From the NCBI GenBank assembly GCA_024277355.1, contig JAJRVL010000004.1:420001-452000 (forward strand): a stretch of 32,000 nucleotides of DNA, given 5' to 3'. The stretch comes from an archaeon (GTDB lineage Archaea > Iainarchaeota > Iainarchaeia > Iainarchaeales > 1-14-0-10-31-34). The notes under the pieces were generated by a model. That model saw nothing but the letters and a program-made list of their open reading frames with translations, was not told the origin of the DNA and did not search any database. A program made the translations under genes and the position numbers. Shown here one piece after another: positions 1 to 9,374 of this stretch. The first letter of the stretch is position 1. Every line of letters starts with the position of its first letter.

Positions 1-1
1 A

Positions 2-703
2 ATTGTTCAGCCAGAATTCTTAAAAGTAATTACAAGAAAACCACAAGTTTACAGCGGAGGATTTCCATTCCAAGTAGAAGTAGCAGTAGCTTTTGGAGGA
101 AACGCAGGAAGAAGCAACTCAAATGGAAACGGAGAAAATCAAAAAAGAATGGAAGTAATGCGTTTTGCAAACAAAGCTCCTTTATTATTTGACGGGGGAG
201 GATGTGCAATAACTAAAGCAGTGCAAACAATTGAATGGAAAAGATACGGCATACAAAATATTGATGAAGCACCATTAACTGTTTTTGTAAATATTATTTC
301 AGTTCATATTCCTTATACTTCAGCAGGAAAACAAGCTATTTCAGATGAAGCAGAAGTATTAGAAGAAATAAGATTAGCTTTAATGGATTCAGGAAGAAAA
401 ATTTCAAGATTTATTATAGGAAAAAAAAGAGAAAAAGAAAAACAAGCAAAAAGAAAAATGTATATGAAATATGCGATTGAAGTAGCTTATGCAATAGGCG
501 AATTAACTAAAAAAAACAAAGAAGAAATAGAAAAAAAATTATTAAACATTGTATTAAAAAGACTTAAATTAGAAGAACAAGAAGACAAAAAAGAATTAAG
601 CGATGAACAAATAGAAAAAGAAATGAAAAAAGAAACAAAAAAACAAGACAAAAAAGAAGAAAAAATTAAAGGAAAAATTAAAGGATTAAAAAAAGTTAAA
701 TGA
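2..703 (+). CDS. top6B: DNA topoisomerase VI subunit B, C-terminal part (5' end lies outside the window)
   Basis: The frame of track ORF 149..703 stays open back to the window edge. The translation (...YSGGFPFQVEVAVAFGG...MRFANKAPLLFDGGGCAITKAV...HIPYTSAGKQAI) looks like the transducer region of archaeal Top6B. top6A follows directly. The protein ends in a K/E-rich tail. Confidence 0.8.
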   Translation: MVQPEFLKVITRKPQVYSGGFPFQVEVAVAFGGNAGRSNSNGNGENQKRMEVMRFANKAPLLFDGGGCAITKAVQTIEWKRYGIQNIDEAPLTVFVNIISVHIPYTSAGKQAISDEAEVLEEIRLALMDSGRKISRFIIGKKREKEKQAKRKMYMKYAIEVAYAIGELTKKNKEEIEKKLLNIVLKRLKLEEQEDKKELSDEQIEKEMKKETKKQDKKEEKIKGKIKGLKKVK

Positions 704-908
704 AGGAAAAATAAATGTCTAGAGCTGTTTTAAATGACCCCGGAAAATGCAACACAATTATTAATTATCGGAGCTTGGATTCTGGACAAAGTTATAATGT
801 TTTACATAGTAAAAAAAGCAGCGCATTAAATTAAATAAAAAAATAAAAGAGGAAACAAAAATAAATTAAAATAAAAAAATTAAATGAATTAAAAAAAATG
901 GTGTGTTT

Positions 909-2003
909 ATGTCAAAAAAAGATAAAGAAGTAATTCAAAAATTAAAAGACGCAGGAATAGATATTTATAATCAAATAAATAAAGGACAAGACCCAAGCTA
1001 TCAGTTACCTGTAAGAAGTTTAAATAACGTATTTTTTGACCATAAAACAAAAACCATTAAATTAGGCGACAAAAAAAGTACAAGACAATTTTTAAATGTC
1101 GCCCACACAAGAAAATTCATGCAGACAATGTTAGTTGCATCAGAAATAAAAAAAGTAATTGAAGAAGAAGCAACAGTGTCAATCAGAGATTTATATTATG
1201 CATTAAAACATACAATTGAAGGAACAGAAGAAAACACTTTTGAAGACCAATCAGAATCAGATCCAATAATAGAAGATTTAGAGTCATCTTTAAGTTTATT
1301 AAGAGAAGAATTACATTTAGCTGCTTCAAGCAAAGGAGTAATCACAGGAAACATGAAAATCAAAGACGGAAAAGACACAATTGACTTAAGCAAAATGGGT
1401 TCAGGAGGATGGGGGGTTCCATCAAACGTTGAACCAGAAAAAATTGAAATAAAAGATTTAGATGCAGAATACGTATTATTTATAGAAAAAGACGCAGTAT
1501 GGAAAAGATTTAATGAAGACAAATACTGGAAAAAACATAAATGTGTTATTATAACTGGAAGAGGCCAGCCTTCAAGAGCAGAAAGAAGATTTGTTCAAAG
1601 ATTAAACAAAGAACATAATCTTCCAATTTATGCTTTAATGGATGCAGATCCATGGGGAATGTATATTTATTCAGTAATAAAACAAGGTTCAATTTCTTTA
1701 AGTTATTCAGAAGAAAAATTAGCTACACCAAAAACAAAATATATTGGATTAACAGTAAGCGATGTAGAAACATTCAAAATCCCAAAAGAAGTAACAATTA
1801 AACTAAATAAACTTGACGTAAAAAGATTAAATGAAATGAAAAAATACGAATGGTTTAAGAAAAAAGAATGGCAGGACGAATTTGATTTAATGAAAAGCAA
1901 AGAAATCAAATTAGAATTAGAAGCATTAAGCAAAAAAGGAATCAGATTTATTACAGAAAAATATTTGCCTGAAAAAATTAAAACAAAAGACTTTTTGCCT
2001 TAA
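909..2003 (+). CDS. top6A: DNA topoisomerase VI subunit A (Spo11 family)
   Basis: It has the catalytic-Tyr motif SIRDLYYAL and Toprim motifs (LFIEKDAV, ITGRGQPSRAERRF, LMDADPWGMYI). The ATG at 909 lies two codons inside the GTG-started track ORF (903). Confidence 0.9.
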   Translation: MSKKDKEVIQKLKDAGIDIYNQINKGQDPSYQLPVRSLNNVFFDHKTKTIKLGDKKSTRQFLNVAHTRKFMQTMLVASEIKKVIEEEATVSIRDLYYALKHTIEGTEENTFEDQSESDPIIEDLESSLSLLREELHLAASSKGVITGNMKIKDGKDTIDLSKMGSGGWGVPSNVEPEKIEIKDLDAEYVLFIEKDAVWKRFNEDKYWKKHKCVIITGRGQPSRAERRFVQRLNKEHNLPIYALMDADPWGMYIYSVIKQGSISLSYSEEKLATPKTKYIGLTVSDVETFKIPKEVTIKLNKLDVKRLNEMKKYEWFKKKEWQDEFDLMKSKEIKLELEALSKKGIRFITEKYLPEKIKTKDFLP

Positions 2004-2042
2004 TTAAGTTAATTTTTATAATGCAGGCAATATTATTTTATA

Positions 2043-2753
2043 ATGGCTAATTCAATAAAAGAAATAAGAAAAGAAATCAAAGCAAAAGAACATAAAGAAA
2101 AAGCAAAAATCCTTCAGGGCTTTTTTAAGACAGGAAAAGGGCAATATGGAGAAGGAGATATTTTTTTGGGGTTGTATGTTGGAGACACAAGAAAAATTGC
2201 AAAAAAATATTCAGAAACTTCATTTAATGAAGTTGAATTATTGCTTAAATCAAAAATTCACGAAGAAAGATTATGTGCTTTATTAATTTTAGTGCAGAAA
2301 TTCCAAAAAGCAGATGAAAAAGAAAAAACACACATAACAAACTTTTTTCTTAAGAACACAAAAAAAGTTAATAACTGGGATTTAGTTGATTTAAGTGCTG
2401 ATAAAATTTTAGGAGAATATTTGTTTGACAAAAACAAGGAAATTTTAGTTAAGTTAGCTGAATCAAATAATTTATGGGAAAAAAGAATTTCAATTATTTC
2501 AACTTTTGCTTTTATCAAAAAAAACAGGTTTAAAGAAACAATTGAAATATCAAAATTATTATTAGAAGATAAACATGATTTAATTCATAAAGCTGTTGGC
2601 TGGATGTTAAGAGAAATTGGAAAAAGGAATCTGGAAACAGAAGAAAAATTTTTGAAAAAACATTACAAAAAAATGCCAAGAACAATGTTAAGATATGCAA
2701 TAGAAAAATTCCCTGAAACAAAAAGACAAGCTTATCTAAAAGGAAAAATTTAA
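2043..2753 (+). CDS. DNA alkylation repair protein (AlkD-like HEAT-repeat family)
   Basis: A 236-aa ORF. The pattern FFKTGKGQYGEGDIFLG...NNWDLVD...WEKRISI...HDLIHKAVGWMLREIGK is typical of the 'DNA alkylation repair enzyme' family. Confidence 0.7.
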   Translation: MANSIKEIRKEIKAKEHKEKAKILQGFFKTGKGQYGEGDIFLGLYVGDTRKIAKKYSETSFNEVELLLKSKIHEERLCALLILVQKFQKADEKEKTHITNFFLKNTKKVNNWDLVDLSADKILGEYLFDKNKEILVKLAESNNLWEKRISIISTFAFIKKNRFKETIEISKLLLEDKHDLIHKAVGWMLREIGKRNLETEEKFLKKHYKKMPRTMLRYAIEKFPETKRQAYLKGKI

Positions 2754-3244
2754 TGTTTATATTCGCCATGCAATTCTCTTGATTTTGTTTTGCCTAATTC
2801 AAGGCTGTCTGTTTTTATTAATCCTGATTCAGGAAAATCAGATTTAACTCTGTCATAAGCAAGAGTTACTCTTGTTATTTCATGCCATAATTCATGCATT
2901 AAACTCTTGAAGATTCCTTTATTCAAAACCTGCTTATGGTTTACAGCATTAACAGTTAATGCATTGCAAAGTGAATTCATTTTTTTAATGCCTTTATTTA
3001 TTTCAATTATTTCTTTTTTTGTCGGGGGAATTTTTTCAGTTCTTAAATTTCTGTAAACGATTTTATTCAGTTTTCCTTCAAGCCTAATAGAAAATTTATT
3101 AACCACACGATAATCTGAAATTAATTTGTTTTTAATTTGTTTAGGAGAAAATTTCCTTACTGTTTTTTTAGGGGTTTTCTTTTTTATTGTTTTTTTAGGT
3201 ATTATTCTCTTTTTTGAGGCAGGCATAATAGTGTTATTAACCAT
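2750..3244 (-). CDS. Hypothetical basic protein with an HExxH motif
   Basis: A 164-aa ORF with a Lys/Arg/Pro-rich N-terminal third (KKRIIPKKTIKKKTPKKTVRKFSPKQIKNK) and SLMHELWHEI near the C-terminus. I recognise no family. Its stop shares a TTAA with the convergent upstream gene. Confidence 0.5.
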   Translation of the reverse strand: MVNNTIMPASKKRIIPKKTIKKKTPKKTVRKFSPKQIKNKLISDYRVVNKFSIRLEGKLNKIVYRNLRTEKIPPTKKEIIEINKGIKKMNSLCNALTVNAVNHKQVLNKGIFKSLMHELWHEITRVTLAYDRVKSDFPESGLIKTDSLELGKTKSRELHGEYKH

Positions 3245-3285
3245 TAGTATTTTAAATTTCGTTTGCCTATTCTTAAACAGATAAA

Positions 3286-3510
3286 ATGAAGCATTACGGA
3301 GTAAATTTTTTTGATTTAACCAGAATAAAAATAAGTTTATTTCTGGTTTTACTTGCAGGAATTTTAATTAACCAGTTTTATCCTGCTTTAATTGAAGATA
3401 CAGTTATTGTTGCTCAGGCAAAACAATTAATTCCTTCACTGGTTTTTTTTGCGTTAATTTCTTATGTTTTAGCTGCATTTATTGAATTTATTTATTTAAA
3501 GGTTAGATAA
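3286..3510 (+). CDS. Small membrane protein (two predicted TM helices)
   Basis: A 74-aa ORF with two hydrophobic stretches (ISLFLVLLAGILI, LIPSLVFFALISYVLAAFIEFI). Its stop overlaps the cutA start (TAATG), suggesting translational coupling. Confidence 0.5.
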   Translation: MKHYGVNFFDLTRIKISLFLVLLAGILINQFYPALIEDTVIVAQAKQLIPSLVFFALISYVLAAFIEFIYLKVR

Positions 3511-3827
3511 TGAGTGAAATTGTTTTAGGTTATATTCCCTGCAAAAACAAAAAAGAAGCAGAAAAAATAGCAAAAAATTTAGTTGAAAAAAGACTAATTG
3601 CCTGTTCAAATATTATTCCTTCAATTAGTTCCTGCTACAAAATAGAAGGAAAAATATGCAATGAAACAGAATCCTTACTTCTCATAAAAACTGCTAAAAC
3701 AAAAAAGAAAATTGTTTCAAATGAAATCAAAAAAATGCATTCATATAAACTGCCCTGCATTGGATTCCTTAAATTTGATGACTTAAACAAAGAATATGAA
3801 TTATGGGTTAAACAAAGGAGTTATTAA
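3510..3827 (+). CDS. cutA: Divalent-cation tolerance protein CutA
   Basis: A 105-aa ORF. EAEKIAKNLVEKRLIACSNIIPSISSCYKIEGKI...ESLLLIKT...HSYKLPCI follows the CutA1 pattern and length. Confidence 0.75.
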   Translation: MSEIVLGYIPCKNKKEAEKIAKNLVEKRLIACSNIIPSISSCYKIEGKICNETESLLLIKTAKTKKKIVSNEIKKMHSYKLPCIGFLKFDDLNKEYELWVKQRSY

Positions 3828-3828
3828 A

Positions 3829-5208
3829 ATGAAAAATTTAAATTACTTTTTTTATCCTAAAAGTGTTGCAGTAATCGGTGCATCAGGAAAAAAACATAAA
3901 ATAGGAAATGTAATGATGCAGAATATGATTAAAGCAGGATTTAAAGGAAAATTAATTCCAATTAATCCGCATGAAAAAATTATTTTAGGAAAAAAATGTT
4001 TTGCTTCAGTTACAGAAGCAGGAAAAATTGATTTAGCTTTAATTGCAGTTCCAGCCGGAATTGTCCCAAAAATAATTGAAGAATGCGGAGAAAAAGAAAT
4101 TAAAGCAGTAATAATTGTTTCAGCAGGCTTTAATGAAGTAGGAAACATTAAAATAACAAAAGAATTATTTCAAGCAATGCAAAAATATCCTGACATGAGA
4201 GTTTTAGGACCAAACTGTTTAGGAGTACTGCATGTAAAACAAGGAATTGACACAATGTTTCTGCCAAGAGACAGATTAGGAAGAACTCCTGATGGAAGAA
4301 TTTCTTTTGCTTCTCAGTCAGGAGCAGTTGGAAGCACTTTAATTGACTGGGCTTCAATGAAAGATTACGGAATAAACAAATTTATTTCTTTTGGAAATGC
4401 ATTAGATGTAAATGTAACTGACTTGCTTGAATATTTAAATAAAGATAAAAAAACAAAAGTAATTTGTTTGTATATTGAAGGATTAGAACATGGAAGAAAA
4501 TTTTTAGAAGTATCAAAAAAAGTTTCAAAACAAACTCCAATAGTAGTGTTAAAAGGAGGAGTAACAGAACAAGGAAAAAAAGCAGCAGTAAGCCATACAG
4601 GAAGCATTGCAGGAGAAGCAAGAGTAATTAAAGCTGCATTTAAACAAGCTAATATGATTGAAGCAACAAGTTTTGAACAATTATTTAATTATGCAAGAGT
4701 ATTATCCAATGAACCTTTAACTAAAGGAAAAAAAGTACAAATAATAACTAACGGAGGAGGCTATGCAGTTTTAACTTCAGACTTCTTAATCAAAAACGGA
4801 TTAGAATTAGGAAAAATGAATAAAAAAAGTTTTGATAAAATAAGAAAAGTCGTCCCTCCACACGCAGAACTAAAAGAAGTAATTGACTTAACAGGAGATG
4901 CAACAACAAAAATGTACAAAAAATCAATTGAAACTGCATTACAAGACAAAAACATTGACATGATTTTACTGATTGTATTGTTTCCTACTCCAAAATTAGA
5001 AAAAGAAGTAGTAAATGAAATAATTAAACAGCATAAAAAACAATTAAAACCGTTGATTGTTGTTTCTGCAAGCGGAAAATACACTGAAAAACAAAAAAGT
5101 TTAATGGAAAAAGAATTTGTTCCAACTTTTAGTTTTCCTAGAAGTGCAGCACAAGCATTAAAGGCATTATATGATTATTCTTTTTTTAAAGGAAAAGTTA
5201 AGAGGTGA
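3829..5208 (+). CDS. ADP-forming acetyl-CoA synthetase alpha subunit / CoA-binding protein (succinyl-CoA-synthetase-like)
   Basis: It has the N-terminal CoA-binding signature FFYPKSVAVIGASGKKHKIGN and the phosphohistidine loop AAVSHTGSIAG, at a size of about 459 aa. I chose the ATG at 3829 (AAAGGAG 8 nt upstream) over the track start 3796, which would overlap cutA. Confidence 0.8.
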   Translation: MKNLNYFFYPKSVAVIGASGKKHKIGNVMMQNMIKAGFKGKLIPINPHEKIILGKKCFASVTEAGKIDLALIAVPAGIVPKIIEECGEKEIKAVIIVSAGFNEVGNIKITKELFQAMQKYPDMRVLGPNCLGVLHVKQGIDTMFLPRDRLGRTPDGRISFASQSGAVGSTLIDWASMKDYGINKFISFGNALDVNVTDLLEYLNKDKKTKVICLYIEGLEHGRKFLEVSKKVSKQTPIVVLKGGVTEQGKKAAVSHTGSIAGEARVIKAAFKQANMIEATSFEQLFNYARVLSNEPLTKGKKVQIITNGGGYAVLTSDFLIKNGLELGKMNKKSFDKIRKVVPPHAELKEVIDLTGDATTKMYKKSIETALQDKNIDMILLIVLFPTPKLEKEVVNEIIKQHKKQLKPLIVVSASGKYTEKQKSLMEKEFVPTFSFPRSAAQALKALYDYSFFKGKVKR

Positions 5209-5212
5209 ATAA

Positions 5213-7159
5213 ATGGAAAAAGATTTAGTTGTTTTATTAAAAGAAAAAAGAGTGTTTAAACCATCAAAAGAATTAATAGAAAATTCTAATGTAAAAAAAT
5301 GGATGAATAAACAGGGAATAAAAACTTATAATGAATTATTAGAAAAAGCAAAAGATATTGAATGGTTTTGGGAAGAAGCAGCAAAAGAAACAATTGAATG
5401 GAAAAAACCTTTTGATAAAGTTTTGGAATGGGAAAACCATTATGCTAACTGGTTTACTAAAGCACAATATAATATTGTATTTGATGCATTAGACAAGCAT
5501 AAAGATAAAGATAAAATTGCTTTTATCTGGGAAGGCGAACCAGAAGGAGAAATAGAAAAAATAAGCTATAAAAAATTATACAAAGAAGTAAATAAGTTAG
5601 CTAATGCAATGAAAACAATGGGAGTAAAAAAAGGAGACAGAGTAGGCATTTATTTACCAATGATTCCTGCTTTACCGATTTCAATGTTAGCTTGCGCTAA
5701 ACTTGGAGCAATTCATTCAATTGTTTTTTCTGGTTTTAGTGCTAATGCATTCAGAGAAAGAGTTAATGATGAAACAGCTAAATGGGTTGTAACTTGTGAT
5801 GGATTTTATCGAAGAGGAAAAATAATTCCATTAAAAAAAGCAGCAGATGAAGCATTATTAGAAACACCTTCAGTAGAAAAATGCATTGTATTCAAAAGAA
5901 CAGGAGAACAAGTTGAATGGAATGAAAAAAGAGATTTATGGTGGCATGAAATAACAGAAAAAGAATCAGATGAATGTGAAACAGAAATATTAGATTCAAA
6001 TGACACTTTATTTATTTTATATACTTCAGGCACAACAGGAAAACCAAAAGGAATAATTCACGATCACGGAGGATATGCAGTTGGAACAGCAATAACTTTG
6101 AAATGGGTTTTTGATTTAAAAGAAAATGATGTCTGGTGGTGTGCGGCTGATATTGGATGGATTACAGGACATAGTTACATTGTTTATGCTCCATTAATTT
6201 TAGGGGTTACTTCAGTAATGTATGAAGGTGCACCAAATTTCCCTGAAGCAGACAGATGGTGGGAAATAATTGACAGACATAAAATTTCAGTTTTATATAC
6301 TTCCCCAACTGCAATAAGAATGTTTATGCATTTTGGAGAAGAATGGATTGAAAAGCATGATTTAAGTTCTTTAAGATTATTAGGAAGCGTAGGAGAACCA
6401 ATTAATCCTGAAGCATGGATGTGGTATTACAAATATATTGGAAAAGAAAACTGCCAGATAATGGATACCTGGTGGCAGACTGAAACAGGAAACCATTGTA
6501 TTACTCCTTTGCCAATCACTGACTTAAAACCAGGTTCAGCAACAAAACCTTTCCCTGGAATTCAGGCAGATGTATTTAATAGAGAAGGAAAACCAATAGT
6601 TGACGCAGGCGGAGAACTTGTTTTATTAAAACCTTGGCCTGGAATGCTTAAAGGCATTTACAAAAATCCTGACAAATACCAGAAAACTTACTGGGAAATG
6701 TATCCAGAAGTTTATTTAGCCGGAGATGTTGCAAGAGTTGATTCAGATGGATATTTTTGGGTTCAGGGAAGAGATTCAGATGTATTAAAAGTTTCAGGAC
6801 ATAGAATAGGCAATTCAGAAATTGAATCAGCTTTAGTTTCTCATCCTTTAGTTGCAGAAGCAGCAGCAATAGGAAAACCACATGAAATTAAAGGAGAAAG
6901 CATTACTGCTTTTGTTATCTTAAAAAAAGGAACTGAAATTTCAGAAGAATTAAGAAAAGAATTAAGAGAACATGTAGGAAAAGAAATTGGAAAGCTTGCA
7001 AGACCAGATGAAATATTATTTGTTGAAGCCTTGCCTAAAACCCGAAGCGGAAAAATTATGAGAAGAGTAATCAAAGCAAAAGTTTTAGGAAAAGACACAG
7101 GAAATATTTCAACTTTAAGCAACCCAGAAGCAGTGGAAGAATTACTAAAAGCAAAATAA
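5213..7159 (+). CDS. acs: Acetyl-CoA synthetase (AMP-forming)
   Basis: A 648-aa ORF with the AMP-binding motif [11 protein letters not shown], plus WWQTETG and the C-terminal [20 protein letters not shown] Shine-Dalgarno sits upstream of the ATG. Confidence 0.95.
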   Translation: MEKDLVVLLKEKRVFKPSKELIENSNVKKWMNKQGIKTYNELLEKAKDIEWFWEEAAKETIEWKKPFDKVLEWENHYANWFTKAQYNIVFDALDKHKDKDKIAFIWEGEPEGEIEKISYKKLYKEVNKLANAMKTMGVKKGDRVGIYLPMIPALPISMLACAKLGAIHSIVFSGFSANAFRERVNDETAKWVVTCDGFYRRGKIIPLKKAADEALLETPSVEKCIVFKRTGEQVEWNEKRDLWWHEITEKESDECETEILDSNDTLFILYTSGTTGKPKGIIHDHGGYAVGTAITLKWVFDLKENDVWWCAADIGWITGHSYIVYAPLILGVTSVMYEGAPNFPEADRWWEIIDRHKISVLYTSPTAIRMFMHFGEEWIEKHDLSSLRLLGSVGEPINPEAWMWYYKYIGKENCQIMDTWWQTETGNHCITPLPITDLKPGSATKPFPGIQADVFNREGKPIVDAGGELVLLKPWPGMLKGIYKNPDKYQKTYWEMYPEVYLAGDVARVDSDGYFWVQGRDSDVLKVSGHRIGNSEIESALVSHPLVAEAAAIGKPHEIKGESITAFVILKKGTEISEELRKELREHVGKEIGKLARPDEILFVEALPKTRSGKIMRRVIKAKVLGKDTGNISTLSNPEAVEELLKAK

Positions 7160-7162
7160 CTT

Positions 7163-8395
7163 TTAGTTTCCTTCTTTTTTATTTTCCAGCAAAAAATTAA
7201 TTGCTTTATCTGAATCTTCTTCGCATAATAATTCAAAAAATCTTTGGACATCAAAGTTTTTATCAAAAGAAGTTTCAGCCAAATTTTTTTCTAATAATTC
7301 CATTCCTAAAGCTGAAACAGATTTTTTTGTTTTATGCAAATCCCTTAATTCCTGAATTCTTTTTTTAAATGAAAGAGAAGAAAAATTTTTATCAACAGAA
7401 AAAACTGCTTTCCCCTGAAATTCCTTTAACACTTTATTTAAATCCACATCCCCTTGAGTTAAACCTTTAGCCAAAGTACCATTTAATTTAATTCTAATTA
7501 AAGGAGTTAAATCAGAAGTATTCTCTGAAAGAAACACCGTAATCTGTTTATTTAATTTTGAAAGAATTTCATCTTCAAAAGCTTCATTAAAAGCAATTTT
7601 TTCATAAAACAATTTTCTTTGTTTTTTTAAAGGCAGAAAAGTTAATTCCATTGAATCAGAATCAATTAACACAATTCCTTTAGGTTTAGTTGATTCAAGT
7701 TTTTTCATTTGCGTAACAATAGTTGAACCAGGAATTAATAATTTTCCTCCTTCAAAATTTGTTTCAGAATTCCAATGCAAATGCCCGTTAATAACTAAAT
7801 CAAATTCTTTAGGAAGATTTGAAAGAGAAATAGTTGCAGCCATTTCATCGTTTGTCGGAAGAAATTCTTTAATTGACTGATGCAATAACAAAAAGTTTTT
7901 TATGCCTTGAATTGGTTTTGGATTATAAAGCTTTAATACATCTAAAGCTTTTTTTTCAGGAACTCCTCCAAGACCATGAATTGCTAATTTTTCGGTTCCT
8001 TTTTGAACTAACAAATAATTTGCATGAACATAAAATAAAAATCCTGCACTCTTTAATACTTCAATTGGGTTTTTGAAGTCTTTTGAACGAATTTCATGCG
8101 TTCCATGAATTGCAATAACAGGGATTCCTGAAAAACTTAATTCATTGTTTTCTTTTAAGATTTTTACAGGAGATTTTTCTGCATTTCTTGAAACAGAAAA
8201 TAATTCAAAAGCAGAATGCCAGGTTTCAAGAGAAGGAATCTTTGAATCAAATAAATCTCCAGGCATTAAAATTAATTCAGCTTTGTTTTCTATTGCTAAA
8301 GCAAAAGCTTCAAGAGAATTATTTAATGCTTCTTTTTCTCTTGCAGTTTTTTCTCCAAACCCTAAATGAGTGTCAGAAATTAAAGCTATTTTCAT
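7163..8395 (-). CDS. mre11: Mre11-like DNA repair metallophosphoesterase
   Basis: Phosphoesterase motifs occur in order: SDTHLG, PGDLFD, AIHGTHE (motif III with Thr where Asn is usual), LLLHQ, NGHLH. Its size (410 aa) and C-terminal helical region fit Mre11/SbcD. No rad50 is adjacent. The start overlaps the upstream gene's stop by 4 nt. Confidence 0.65.
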   Translation of the reverse strand: MKIALISDTHLGFGEKTAREKEALNNSLEAFALAIENKAELILMPGDLFDSKIPSLETWHSAFELFSVSRNAEKSPVKILKENNELSFSGIPVIAIHGTHEIRSKDFKNPIEVLKSAGFLFYVHANYLLVQKGTEKLAIHGLGGVPEKKALDVLKLYNPKPIQGIKNFLLLHQSIKEFLPTNDEMAATISLSNLPKEFDLVINGHLHWNSETNFEGGKLLIPGSTIVTQMKKLESTKPKGIVLIDSDSMELTFLPLKKQRKLFYEKIAFNEAFEDEILSKLNKQITVFLSENTSDLTPLIRIKLNGTLAKGLTQGDVDLNKVLKEFQGKAVFSVDKNFSSLSFKKRIQELRDLHKTKKSVSALGMELLEKNLAETSFDKNFDVQRFFELLCEEDSDKAINFLLENKKEGN

Positions 8396-9279
8396 TTTAT
8401 TACCTCTAAAATTTCATTAAAAAATTTTTCAGGAAAAAAAACTAAAGGAAAAAAAACCACAAAACCTTTTTCTTTTTGTAATTCAACTAATTTATTTAAT
8501 TTTTTTTCATTTGTTTCACTTGAAACTAAAGCAGACAAAAAGTTCTTTTCTTTTTCTATTTCAGATAAAAAAACCGGTTTAAATTCAGTAAAAGAATTAA
8601 ATTTTAACAATAATTTTAAATTCTGCTTTATTTCAGGAGTCATTTTAGTTATTACAGGAAAAACATTACATCCCCGCTTAAGCATTAAAAAAGATGAAAT
8701 TAATTCTTCTTTTCTTCCTTCCATTAACACTCCTACTTTTCCTTCAACTCCTACTGGAAGTCCTTTTAAGCATTTAAATTTCCCTGAATACAAAAAAACT
8801 TTTTTGTTAATTATATCTGCAAAAATTTCTTTTTTTGGATTAGATAAATTAACTGTTAGACCTTTAATTGAATCCATTATTTTTTGTCCTGCCTGAACTG
8901 CAGCATCTTTAGAAGAAAAATCATGTTTTCCATTTCTTGAAATTCTTAAAGCAAAAGAATCTCCTTTAAAAAGATTTTTTTTTGCATATTTAAGAAAAAG
9001 TTCATTTAAGTTATTTAAAGAAGAAAAAGAAAAAGATTCCGCTAAAGAAACAGAATGCACTCCAAAAACTTTCTGAATTAAAGGAACAGCTTTATTGTTG
9101 TTGTCTGTTTCACAGATTAAAATACCTGAATACCTTCCAATTACTTTAAAGTTAACTGAATTGTTTTTCAAAGAAACTTTAATATTAGATAAAAGTTTTT
9201 TTACAAAAAACTGTTTTACAAAATGAGTTTTAAGATGAATTTCTGATGCAAGCTTTAAAACTAAAATTTCCTTAACCAT
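8392..9279 (-). CDS. ThiI-like protein: N-terminal ferredoxin-like plus THUMP domain, followed by a degenerate, truncated PP-loop domain
   Basis: The THUMP-type region is GDSFALRISRNGKHDFSSKD...VNLSNPKKEIFADII...GLPVGVEGKV. The expected SGGxDS P-loop reads LMEGRKEELISS. Later ThiI-like remnants are present (ALVSSET, FFPLVFF). Confidence 0.6.
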   Translation of the reverse strand: MVKEILVLKLASEIHLKTHFVKQFFVKKLLSNIKVSLKNNSVNFKVIGRYSGILICETDNNNKAVPLIQKVFGVHSVSLAESFSFSSLNNLNELFLKYAKKNLFKGDSFALRISRNGKHDFSSKDAAVQAGQKIMDSIKGLTVNLSNPKKEIFADIINKKVFLYSGKFKCLKGLPVGVEGKVGVLMEGRKEELISSFLMLKRGCNVFPVITKMTPEIKQNLKLLLKFNSFTEFKPVFLSEIEKEKNFLSALVSSETNEKKLNKLVELQKEKGFVVFFPLVFFPEKFFNEILEVIK

Positions 9280-9374
9280 AAAAAAAATAATAAAAAGAAA
9301 AAATTAAAACACACAAGTTATTTATACATAATTAAGTGTATTTAAATAAAAATAAAAAATAAAAGAAAAAGCAT

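Noticed and set aside
1196-1522. Antisense ORFs inside top6A (1196..1522, 1703..1933) and inside other long genes (2258..2769, 3852..5084, 5806..7266, 7873..8409, 10604..11253, 18133..18414, 21580..21906, 22739..23248, 24915..25217, 25930..26145, 30096..30329, 31489..31686)
   Set aside because: Each lies fully within a well-supported gene on the opposite strand. Their translations are low-complexity (Ser/Leu/Phe/Ile-rich), as expected from the reverse complement of Lys/Glu-rich coding sequence, and they have no SD motifs.
3796-3828. N-terminal extensions given by the ORF track (3796, 10304, 11461, 14403, 19985, 25906, 30439, 31852, 903)
   Set aside because: These begin at TTG/GTG or upstream ATG codons that overlap neighbouring genes or add non-homologous hydrophobic or odd leaders. 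Internal ATGs preceded by GGAG/GTGA-type SD motifs give products that start where homologous families start.
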